This document shows, in pieces, positions 12,298 to 24,000 of a stretch of DNA of 64,000 bases (its first letter is position 1; every line of letters begins with the position of its first letter). This DNA comes from Eledone cirrhosa (taxonomy: Eukaryota), in the NCBI GenBank assembly GCA_964016885.1, contig OZ024758.1, positions 30,194,001-30,258,000 of the forward strand. Direction: 5' to 3'. The translations under genes were made by a program, and so were the position numbers. The notes below the pieces were generated by a model. That model did no database searches. It worked only from the letters and a program-made list of their open reading frames with translations, and was not told where the DNA came from.

Positions 12298-15200
12298 GTG
12301 ATGGTGGTGGTGGTTGTTGTGATGGTGGTTGTGATGGTGGTGGTGGTTGTTGTGATGGTGGTTGTTGTTGCGATGGTGGTTGTTGTGATGGTGGTGGTTG
12401 TTGTGATGGTTGTTGTGATGGTGGTTGTTGTGATGGTGGTGGTGGTTGTGATGGTGATGGTTGTTGTGATGGTGGTGGTTGTTGTGATGGTGGTTGTTGT
12501 GATGGTGATGGTTGTTGTGATGGTGGTGGTGGTTGTGATGGTGGTTGTGATGGTGATGGTTGTGATGGTTGTTGTGATGGTGGTTGTTATGGTGGTGGTG
12601 GTTGTGATGGTGGTTGTTGTGATGGTGGTGGTGGTTGTGATGGTGATGGTTGTTGTGATGGTGGTTGTAGTGATGGTGGTGGTTGTTGTGATGGTGATGG
12701 TTGTTGTGATGGTGGTTGTAGTGATGGTGGTTGTTGTGATGGTGGTGGTGGTTGTGATGGTGATGGTTGTTGTGATGGTGGTTGTAGTGATGGTGGTTGT
12801 TGTGATGGTGGTTGTAGTGATGGTGGTGGTTGTGATGGTGGTTGTTGTGATGGTGGTTGTAGTGATGGTGGTGGTTGTGATGGTGATGGTGGTTGTTGTG
12901 ATGGTGATGGTTGTTGTGATGGTTGTTGTTGTGATGGTGATGGTTGTTGTGATGGTGGTGGTTGTTGTGATGGTGGTTGTTGTGATGGTGATGGTTGTTG
13001 TGATGGTGATGGTTGTTGTGATGGTGGTGGTGGTTGTGATGGTGATGGTTGTTGTGATGGTGGTTGTTGTGATGGTTGTTGTGATGGTGATGGTTGTTGT
13101 GATGGTGGTGGTGGTTGTGATGGTGATGGTTGTTGTGATGGTGGTGGTGGTTGTGATGGTGGTGGTGGTTGTGATGGTGGTTGTTGTGATGGTGATGGTT
13201 GTTGTGATGGTTGTTGTTGTGATGGTTGTTGTTGTGATTGTGATGGTTGTTGTGATGGTGGTTGTTGTGATGGTGATGGTTGTTGTGATGGTGGTTGTTG
13301 TGATGGTTGTTGTTGTGATGGTGATGGTTGTTGTGATGGTGGTTGTTGTGATGGTGATGGTTGTTGTGATGGTTGTTGTTGTGATGGTGATGGTTGTTGT
13401 GATGGTGGTTGTTGTGATGGTTGTTGTTGTGATGGTGATGGTTGTGATGGTGGTGGTTGTGATGGTGATGGTTGTGATGGTGGTGGTTGTTGTGATGGTT
13501 GTGATGGTGGTGGTTGTGATGGTGGTGGTTGTTGTGGTGGTGGTGGTTGTTGTGATGGTGGTTGTTGTGATGGTGGTTGTGATGGTGATGGTTGCTGTGA
13601 TGGTGATGGTTGTTGTGATGGTGGTGGTTGTGATGGTGATGGTTGTTGTGATGGTGGTGGTTGTGATGGTGGTGGTTGTTGTGATGGTGGTTGTTGTGAT
13701 GGTGGTTGTGATGGTGATGGTTGTTGTGATGGTGGTTGTTGTGATGGTTGTTGTTGTGATGGTGATGGTTGTGATGGTGGTGGTTGTGATGGTGATGGTT
13801 GTGATGGTGGTGGTTGTTGTGATGGTTGTGATGGTGGTGGTTGTTGTGGTGGTGGTGGTTGTTGTGATGGTGGTGGTTGTTGTGGTGGTGGTGATGGTGG
13901 TTGTTGTGATGGTGGTGGTGGTTGTGGTGGTGGTGGTTGTTGTGGTGGTAGTGATGATGGTTGTTGTGATGGTGGTGGTGGTTGTTGTGATGGTGGTGGT
14001 TGTGATGGTGGTGGTTGTTGTGGTGGTGGTGGTTGTGATGGTGATGGTTGTGATGGTGGTTGTTGTGGTGGTGGTGGTTGTTGTGGTGGTGGTGGTTGTG
14101 ATGGTGATGGTTGTGATGGTGGTTGTTGTGGTGGTGGTGGTTGTTGTGATGGTGGTTGTTGTGATGGTGGTTGTGATGGTGGTTGTGATGGTGATGGTTG
14201 CTGTGATGGTGATGGTTGTTGTGATGGTGATGGTTGTGATGGTGATGGTTGTTGTGATGGTGGTGGTTGTGATGGTGATGGTTGTGATGGTGGTTGTTGT
14301 GATGGTTGTGATGGTGGTGGTTGTTGTGGTGGTGGTGGTTGTTGTGATGGTGGTGGTTGTTGTGGTGGTGGTGGTGGTTGTGGTGGTGGTGGTTGTTGTG
14401 ATGGTGGTGGTTGTTGTGGTGGTAGTGATGGTGGTTGTGATGGTGGTGGTGGTTGTTGTGATGGTGGTGGTTGTGATGGTGGTGGTTGTTGTGGTGGTGG
14501 TGGTTGTGATGGTGATGGTTGTGATGGTGGTTGTTGTGGTGGTGGTGGTTGTTGTGATGGTGGTTGTTGTGATGGTGGTTGTGATGGTGGTTGTTGTGAT
14601 GGTGATGGTTGCTGTGATGGTGATGGTTGTTGTGATGGTGGTTGTAGTGATGGTGGTGGTGGTTGTGATGGTGATGGTTATGATGGTGATGGTTGATGTG
14701 ATGGTGATGGTTGTGATGGTGGTGGTTGTTGTGATGGTTGTGATGGTGGTGGTTGTTGTGGTGGTGGTGGTTGTTGTGATGGTGGTTGTTGTGGTGGTGG
14801 TGATGGTGGTTGTTGTGATGGTGGTGGTGGTGGTTGTTGTGGTGGTAGTGATGGTGGTTGTTGTGATGGTGGTGGTGGTTGTTGTGGTGGTTGTGGTGGT
14901 GGTGGTTGTTGTGGTGGTTGTTGTGATGGTGGTGGTTGTTGTGGTGGTAGTGATGGTGGTTGTTGTGATGGTGGTGGTGGTTGTTGTGGTGGTTGTGGTG
15001 GTGGTGGTTGTTGTGGTGGTTGTTGTGATGGTTGTTGTGATGGTGGTGGTGGTTGTTGTGATGGTGGTGGTTGTGATGGTGGTGGTGGTTGTGATGGTGG
15101 TTGTTGTGATGGTTGTGGTGGTTGTTGTGATGGTGGTGGTGGTTGTTGTGATGGTGGTGGTTGTGATGGTGATGGTTGTGGTGGTTGTTGTGATGGTGGT

Positions 15201-16208
15201 GGTGGTTGTTGTGGTGGTAGTGATGGTGGTTGTGATGGTGGTGGTGGTTGTTGTGATGGTGGTGGTTGTGATGGTGGTGGTTGTTGTGGTGGTGGTGGTT
15301 GTGATGGTGATGGTTGTGATGGTGGTTGTTGTGGTGGTGGTGGTTGTTGTGATGGTGGTTGTTGTGATGGTGGTTGTGATGGTGGTTGTTGTGATGGTGA
15401 TGGTTGCTGTGATGGTGATGGTTGTTGTGATGGTGGTTGTAGTGATGGTGGTGGTGGTTGTGATGGTGATGGTTATGATGGTGATGGTTGATGTGATGGT
15501 GATGGTTGTGATGGTGGTGGTTGTTGTGATGGTTGTGATGGTGGTGGTTGTTGTGGTGGTAGTGGTTGTTGTGATGGTGGTTGTTGTGGTGGTGGTGATG
15601 GTGGTTGTTGTGATGGTGGTGGTGGTTGTGGTGGTGGTGGTTGTTGTGATGGTGGTGGTTGTTGTGGTGGTAGTGATGGTGGTTGTTGTGATGGTGGTGG
15701 TGGTTGTTGTGGTGGTGGTGGTTGTGGTGGTGGTGATGGTGGTTGTTGTGATGGTGGTGGTGGTTGTGGTGGTGGTGGTTGTTGTGATGGTGGTGGTTGT
15801 TGTGGTGGTAGTGATGGTGGTTGTTGTGATGGTGGTGGTGGTTGTTGTGGTGGTGGTGGTTGTGGTGGTGGTGGTGGTGGTTGTTGTGATGGTGGTGGTT
15901 GTGATGGTGGTGGTGGTTGTGATGGTGGTTGTTGTGATGGTTGTGGTGGTTGTTGTGATGGTGGTGGTGGTTGTTGTGATGGTGGTGGTTGTGATGGTGG
16001 TGGTGATGGTTGTGGTGGTTGTTGTGATGGTGGTGGTGGTTGTTGTGATGGTGGTGGTTGTGATGGTGGTGGTGGTTGTGATGGTGGTTGTGATGGTGGT
16101 GGTGGTTGTTGTGATGGTGGTGGTTGTGATGGTGGTTGTGATGGTGGTGGTGGTTGTTGTGATGGTGGTGGTGGTTGTTGTGATGGTGGTGGTGGTTGTG
16201 ATGGTGGT
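12298..16208. repeat. 3.9 kb compound trinucleotide satellite (GTG/GTT/ATG)
   Basis: Directly visible; source of the poly-His/Asn and poly-Val/Met ORFs. Confidence 0.97.
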
Positions 16209-17597
16209 AGAGATAATAGTATAATGGTTTCTGATTTAGGCACAAGGCCAACAATTTTAGGGGCGTGGAAAGTTGATTGAACGACTCCAGTGCATTACTG
16301 GTACTTTATTATATCAACTCCATAAGAATGAAAGTCAAAGCTAACCTCAGTGGGATTTGAACTCAGAATGTAAAGGGCTGTAACGCGATGCTGCAAAGCA
16401 TGTTGTCCGACACTCTACCGATACTGGTTGTGATTGAATGATAAAGATGATAATCATCATCACCATCATCATCATCCTCGATTAACGTCTGTCACCCACG
16501 CTAGCATGGGTTTAGACGGGAATTGTCCCACTTGAGGTAAGATTTGTCGTCTCGCTCGTATAGGACTGTCTGGCAGGTTTTCTACGGCTGGATGCCCTTC
16601 CTAACACCAACCACGTTTACAGTGTGGACTGGGAGGTTTTTACCGTGTTACCTTCATGGCCACATTACAGCGTGGACTGTGTTTTTTTGTCGTGACACCT
16701 ACACAATCTCATTTATTTAGGACTGGATGTTGTGGTACCAACATAACTTTACAGAGAAAGGGGTGGTGTTGATGATAATAAAGTTAAGATCTGCCATAGT
16801 TCTTACTGTTTGGCCCTAGGTAAGCCCTAATTGAACAGATCCTTGACCATATGATCAAACAGCAATCCAGCATTGACCATTCTATCTATTTAGGGCTATC
16901 TAGAATTGTGTTGCCTAATGTGTCTTTTAACATGGGATTTGAGTATTTGGTTGCTATTTTTAGCAGGTTGAGCTACTATGTAGAGGCTACTGTCTCATTT
17001 CTTTGATTGGAAATTTCTTTCCTGGAAGAAGATTCTATTGCTGTGTGCTTAGGGGTTTGGTAATGTCCCCTTAGTACTTTCTTTTGTATGTAAATGACAC
17101 ACACACACACACAGCAGAGTTCTATGAGCCAGTGAGATGGCCTTCATAGTTGTTCAACTTGCCAGAAATAGCAGCCAAATAATCCCATATCACTTTCTGT
17201 CTTTGAAAACAAAGTACAGTCACACTGGATAATGTAGTTATAATGTTGTTATGAATGTATAGAATGTAGTTATAAACTGGATAAAATATGGGATGGTCAT
17301 GACTGGAATGCTTTTGACTATAGATCTATTTGATTAAGGCAGATCTGGGGTTAAAACTAACTCATATTTCTATGTATATTATATCATATTACACATTCAC
17401 TCCTTAACATTTTGCACACAAGTGTTATCTTTATGATCTAGACTCTAGACAACTAGATATCTCAAGCATGAGCTCTTTATTACTTTAACTTACTCATACT
17501 AGTTTGACAAACAAGGGAAGCCTCTATGTAGTCACTGGGACTGCTAGAAATAGCACACAAACCCCTTTCAAATCACACCCTATGGTTTTATAAAATA

Positions 17598-18458
17598 CTA
17601 GCAGTTGCACGGGATAAGGTATTTTGGAACGCAGGTCGCCAACAGACTTAATCGGGGAAAAACTGTATGCCTGGACAATATGTAAAGAAAATAAACCGAA
17701 TACTCTGATGGCTGGATAATCTTTAAGATTTTCCTTGATGAAGTAGGAAAAATGCAGGTTTTCACCTAATGTGGGCCCTAGGGGATCAAGAATATGAATT
17801 TTTTTATGTGCATAATATGCCTTGAAATTTCGGGAAAATCGGCTAGACGTAACGCCTCAAAAAAGCCCTAAAAAGCTGAAAAAATGAAATTTTTCACCTA
17901 ATGCGGGCCCTAGGCCATAAAAAAGTTGGATTTTCTTTACTCACGCTATGAAGAAGAGACTGACTAATACATAGTTACAATTTCAAGGAAATTGGTCTGA
18001 CGTAATGGAGGCACATTGGCTTTGCAATCGAAAGGTTGTGAGTTCAATTCTCAGACCGAGTGATGTGTTGTTGCCTTGAGCAAGACACTTTATTTCACAT
18101 TGCTCCAGTTTACTCAGCTGTAGAAATGAGATGATAGGACTGGGGTCCCTATCATTCCACTGCAAAGTGGTCATGGAGGTGCCACAGCAAAAAAGCACCC
18201 AGCACTCACTGTAAATGAAGTTGGTGTTAGGAAGGGCATCCAGCTGTAGAAATCAAGCCAGAATCAGTTCCCGTCCCACCCTTGCAAGCAGGGAAAAGCG
18301 GACGTAAAATGATGATGATGTAACGCCTAAAAAAAACCCTAAAAGTTGAAAAAATGCAGTTTTTCACCTAATGCGAGCCCTGAAACAAGTAATATACATG
18401 TAAAGTTTGAAAAAAATCGGTTGGGTACTTTTTGAGTTTTAGGGATTCAAACTCACAG

Positions 18459-18499
<41 letters not shown>

Positions 18500-18525
18500 G
18501 ACAGACATCCTCAGTTTTATAAAAT
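17598..18525 (-). mobile_element. Helitron family 2 copy with nested SINE B (~18008-18320)
   Basis: Matches 11800-12297; other end has (CA)n ACAGACAGACAT. Confidence 0.75.
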
Positions 18526-18537
18526 ATGGTGCTATAT

Positions 18538-18766
18538 CACCTTGATCACCTTGACCGACCAGTCTGTCAGGCGTCCATTCAGCGCTGCTGGTCACAGCAC
18601 GCTGTCCATTCCTCTCTGGATCGTGCTTTCCTCATCCATGTAGTCCCAATCGTATTCCTAAAATCATAACTCCACCCCTGTGGAGGCCTTCCGAGTGGTC
18701 GTTTCCAGAATATATGCACAGCAAGTTCAGATGGGCTGGACACGTCGCCTGGTTCACCGATAATCG
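18538..18766 (-). mobile_element. Short RTE-clade LINE insertion with inverted 5' segment and 12 bp TSD
   Basis: TSD ATGGTGCTATAT; minus strand reads KRPLGRPP..W, plus strand reads KFRWAGHVA.FTDNRW. Confidence 0.75.
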
Positions 18767-19247
18767 ATGGTGCTATATACAAAACAGAAATGGGACAGAG
18801 ATACGGTTAGAACATCTTTGATCTTAGATCTGTTCAATCACATCTGACCTTAAGATAAGTAATAGCAACAATGAAGTATATGAGTCAAGAAGGGTGTTTC
18901 TACACGGTTACTTCACTTGTTAGAAATAGCAACCACATTCCCTCAAATCACACCTACAGGAAATTCTTGTGCATGGGAAAGTTCTTCAAATGGCTTCATG
19001 CTAACCGCTTTGCCTGCTCTCATCTGTTTCTACTTATAAGTGTGTAAATTGTCCAATTAGAAATATATATGATGTCATGTATATATACTGTATATCTTTT
19101 AATTGTTGTTGTTGATTAGTACTAAGTCAGCTCTCATTAAGCAGACCTATGATCAAAGACACTGACCATTCCCATCTTTTTGTATATCTATAATGTAAAT
19201 GGACAAATAAATGAATGAGGTGATGAATTGACAGTCATTAGAATGTT

Positions 19248-19880
19248 AGATAGAATACCTAAAGTCACCAACTAGTTGTCCTAGATAGAATACCTAAAGT
19301 CACCAACTAGTTGTCCTAGATAGAATACCTAAAGTCACCAACTAGTTGTCCTAGATAGAATACCTAAAGTCACCAACTTGTTGTCCTAGATAGAATACCT
19401 AAAGTCACCAACTTGTTGTCCTAGATAGAATACCTAAAGTCACCAACTTGTTGTCCTAGATAGAATACCTAAAGTCACCAACTTGTTGTCCTAGATAGAA
19501 TACCTAAAGTCACCAACTTGTTGTCCTAGATAGAATACCTAAAGTCACCAACTAGTTGTCCTAGATAGAATACCTAAAGTCACCAACTTGTTGTCCTAGA
19601 TAGAATACCTAAAGTCACCAACTTGTTGTCCTAGATAGAATACCTAAAGTCACCAACTTGTTGTCCTAGATAGAATACCTAAAGTCACCAACTTGTTGTC
19701 CTAGATAGAATACCTAAAGTCACCAACTTGTTGTCCTAGATAGAATACCTAAAGTCACCAACTAGTTGTCCTAGATAGAATACCTAATAGTCACCAACTA
19801 GTTGTCCTAGATAGAATACCTAATAGTCACCAACTAGTTGTCCTAGATAGAATACCTAATAGTCACCAACTAGTTGTCCG
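19248..19880. repeat. 35 bp minisatellite, ~18 units
   Basis: Unit TAGATAGAATACCTAAAGTCACCAACT(A/T)GTTGTCC. Confidence 0.97.
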
Positions 19881-19944
19881 TGAGAACATTTTGGTGGTTT
19901 GCTGAAAGTTTGGACATTATTTGCAATTTTTATGTTTTGTTAAT

Positions 19945-20120
19945 GATTGTTTCTACTTTAGGCACAAGGCCAGCAATTACCCAGTGCATTACTGGTACTT
20001 TATTTTATCGACCCCGTAAGGATGAAAGGCAAAGTTAACCTCGGCGGGATTTGAACTCAGACCATAAAGGGCCGTAACTCTTTGCTGCAAAGCATGGCGT
20101 CCGACCCTCTACCAATACTT
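19945..20120 (-). mobile_element. SINE A
   Basis: Matches the family consensus. Confidence 0.85.
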
Positions 20121-20638
20121 ATATGATAAAATAAGCATTTATAATTTTGTTATATTTAATAGGTGCATTTCATATTAGTAAAATAGAAGTTCTCTGATCA
20201 TTATTTTACAAATGTATTTATCTTTTAAAAAAATTCATATTAGTGTTCTGCAGGATTTAGTATTATGACAGTACTGGTCTGTGGGGTCCAAATGTTGGCG
20301 ACCACAGCCTTATAGTATTTGTTCTTGATCTCTGAATTTTGAGTTCAAATTTCGCTGAGATCAACTTTTTTATTTTACTTTCGGTATCAATATATAAAGT
20401 ACTGTTCCAGGAGAGTTGATAGGAAGAATTGTTAGAATATTGGATAAGATGTCTTGGAATATCTGTTCTGGTTCTTTGTATTCTAATGGTAATGCCTGAG
20501 ACTGATGCCTGACACTGGTGCTAAGCTGTATTGGCATTTACCTTTTTCTTGGACAGAGGCACAAAGAGTGCAAAAACTTTGGAGAAGAAATTTCCAGGTA
20601 CTGAGGCATAGTCACGCAAGACATACAAATGCCATCCA

Positions 20639-20868
20639 TTAACTCTTTAACATTTAAACCAGCCGTATCTGGCCAGAACTTTCCCACCTCTTTCTGTTCA
20701 AACTGGCTGTAACTGGCCACTCATACCGATGTTAAGGTATTGTTCTCAAAATAAATAACATCAAAAATCTCATAGATTCGATATTATGTGAGATAATTAT
20801 GTAAGGTAAAGCCTTTACTGTGAAAATACAATAGTATATATAGAGTAATGTAAATGGTAAAGGGTTAA
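20639..20868. mobile_element. piggyBac-like MITE family 1 (~225 bp, TTAA TSD, TIR CCCTTTAGCATTTA)
   Basis: TTAA flanks and TIRs; about nine copies in the window. Confidence 0.82.
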
Positions 20869-20952
20869 AGATGTTGATGTAAATGATATATTTTCTATTT
20901 TCAGATTTGAGGAACTAAACAACTCCTAAGAAATCTGGTGTATGAGGCTAAA

Positions 20953-21019
20953 ATGGGACTTATCTGTGGCAGCCACTCCCAGGGCCATGAAAATGCAGCT
21001 AAAGATAAAAAAAAAGATA
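20953..21019 (+). CDS. PALD1: Paladin-like coding exon 1 (MGLICGSHSQGHENAAKDKKKD)
   Basis: Acceptor tttcag at 20904, in-frame upstream TGA at 20908, aaaATGg context, donor gtaagt; phase 1 matches the next exon. Confidence 0.72.
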
Positions 21020-24000
21020 GTAAGTATAAAGATTTATTTTCTGGATTTCTTTAGATGTCGGACTTCCAAAAGAGATTAAAATTCTTTGATCTGTTTTCAT
21101 CACTTCCCTCAACTATCTGATTACCTGACTATGCCATTGAAAGAAGGATTTCTAGTAGAATCTTTTATCTGAAAACCTTTATTTGATCTTATGCTTTCAT
21201 AATTAGGTACAACTAGCAGAAAACCACCCTCAGGTGGTTTTCTGATAGCATGTGTAGTGTGTATATTGATATTATACACAAGTATATATACATGTAGATA
21301 TGATCAGATAAAATCGTAATTGACAATATACACAGAAATTGAACGAAGACTGTGTTACACTGTCTTATGTAATCAGTAACGTAATCCATGACACATGAAA
21401 AAAAGACGATATTATATATAAACTGCATTAGGAGAAAATTAGTGACGGAAATATATGAATGTTTATTTAAGCGATCGCTAACCGGAAGTGTTGACATTTG
21501 AAAATTTTAAAGAAGTGAATCTTAAAATAAGCAACAATATTATTTATATTTAATCAAGAATAACGAAATTTAGTAGATAAATTATGTAATATTCATTCAT
21601 TATTTATTCAAAGTAATCCAACTTATTTTACAAACGGGATAAAAAAATATATTCTGGAAGCAGTCCCGCTCTCCTTTATTATAGTTTAGATTTTATTTTC
21701 CATTAACAATAATAATTTCATCATTTTTAGAAATGAGATAGCTTAAATGCAGAAATAACTGTAAAACTAGAAATTTGGGTAAGACACCCTAGAGATGGAG
21801 AAGACACCCTAGAGATGGAGAAGACACCCTAGAGATGGAGAATTGCTCAGTATATTTAAAATTTGCCCATGAGTTGGTAGTTCCCTATCTTATCTACAAT
21901 GGGTATATAGCAACCTATTCTCTTATAACGACACTAACACAATCAGTATTAACACTTTTCTAATGAAATACACTGCCTATGTGTTTGAATAATTTTTGGA
22001 AAGAATCAAATAATTGTTTCTACTTTTGCCACAAGGCCGCCAGCAATTACCCCAGTGCATTACTGGATGAAAGGCAAAGTTAACCTTGGCAGGATTTGAA
22101 CTCAGACCGTAAAGGGCCATAACTCTGCTACAAAGCATTGCGTCCAACCCTCTACCGATACTGCCAATCCGACTGAAAGAATACGATCGCGAATACAAGC
22201 AGCCAAAATGGGATTCCTCCGAATGGTCTTGGGAGTAATGTTACTTGGTAAAGTGCATAGCTTGGAGATGAGGAGAGAGGCACTCCAGGTAGAGCTGCTA
22301 CTCCTAATTGAGAGATCACAGCTCCGATACTATGAGCATGTGGTTAGAATGTCTCAGGAAAGAATAGCTGGACAGATTTTATGGGTAAAAACCAACCGGC
22401 AGGAGACCCAGGGGTAGACCCCGAGCAAGATGGTTGGATAACATCCATGGTTGGTCTCACTTGGGGATCCAGGCTGATCAGTTGGAGATGGTTGCTTCTG
22501 ACAGGACCTACTGGAGGGAGTGTTTGAAGACTCTGCCCCCATGACCCTCTCAGGAGTATGTGAGCAAAGAAGATGATCAAATATTTGGATGAGTTTAATA
22601 AAATAACCAACTCTTTTATTAGTAAGCTGATATTTAGAACATTACTTAACAATTTTTTGATATATATGTAGCAAGAGTTGCCTCTCTTGTTGCGATGATC
22701 ACATCACCAATAGATTAACGCTCTCTAGACAGGAAGTAGCTGGAGTTACTTCCCATTGGGGGTGGCAGAACCCTTTTTGTCACTTCCGTCTTGGACCCTA
22801 TAAAAGGTATACTCAGAGCGATCTCTCTCTCATTTTGCCCTTTCGGCTCCTTGCCTTCGGCCAGGCGTCTTCGGCCAGGTGCGTTCGCCTGGCAACCCTA
22901 AATATGGTCTCTTGCGAGCTAACTTCAAAATGGTAACAAATAACTTTACTTCATTCTTTCATCTACTTTCATTGACTTGTCAACCATTCTGTTCTGCATA
23001 ACTGCAACTTGTAAATTAAACTTTATACACACAACCTAGTGTTTTGTTATATTCATACACACCAGTATTTTGTTATATATATTATGATAAAAGGATTTAA
23101 TATAAGTATAAACATTTTAACATGAGCAGTTTTGTATCATAAATCCAGGGTGGTTTCAGGTAGTTTGGTATCAAAGGGTTAATGAAATAATTTTATATTG
23201 CTATGCTGTGTACCTTTCGGTTTTTAGAATAGATACACTGTATCCCTGCGTAAGAGACAACTAAGAGGGTTGGTATCAGGAAGGGCATCTGCCTATAAAA
23301 CATCTCAAAACATCCCATCCAACCCATAAGGATAAAAATCCCATAACTCCTTCTGGAGTCATAGAGGTACCGTTATATGGCGGAGGACAACTCTCTCCAG
23401 GTCTGAACACAGCTGATTTTTTTCTATAAAGGAAGAATCGACCCCAGTACTGCACTGGTACTTTTTTTTATCAACTTCGAAAAGATGAAAGGCAAAGTTG
23501 ACCTCGGCAGGATTTGAACTCAGAGCACGTAATGAGGTGGGACGAATACTGTAAAGCATTCTATCCGATGTCTTAATGACTCTGCCAATTCGCCACCTAT
23601 CCAGCATGGGAAAATTGACCTAGAAATGATGATGATGATGATGCTTTTCCTAAGCATATATAATCAAGTAAACTTGCTAAAGATACTAGGCCCTTCATGA
23701 GAATCTCTCAAGATCTTCCATGGCTATCACACATATCTATAACATTGGCAAAATTGCATCACAAACAGTAAGCTTCGGCAAAACTGCATCACAAACAGAA
23801 AGCTTCCTCTTTAGGGCTAGGAAATACTTTGGCTCCAATATGCTTTTAAACCTCTTCAAAACTCAAGTACTATCCATCTTGAAGTACTGTTAACAGAACT
23901 GGGATGATACACATACAAACATTGTAAACAACATGTCTATCAAACAAATTAACAAAGATTCACACGCTACCAACTTGCTAGAACCACTGCCTCTCAGGAT

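Noticed and set aside
12259-16254. 1331 aa His/Asn ORF, 1308 aa Val/Met ORF and 256 aa Pro/Gln ORF as structural proteins
   Set aside because: Pure triplet satellite; the ORF ends run into SINE and Helitron sequence; no signal peptide or exon structure
17585-18526. Apparent 13 bp TSD (GTTTTATAAAATA) around a Helitron
   Set aside because: Helitrons make no TSD, and the element's own end is similar AT-rich sequence; likely coincidence
21780-21842. 3 x 20 bp repeat (also 3 x 27 bp at 48886-48971)
   Set aside because: Small local tandem duplications with no further structure
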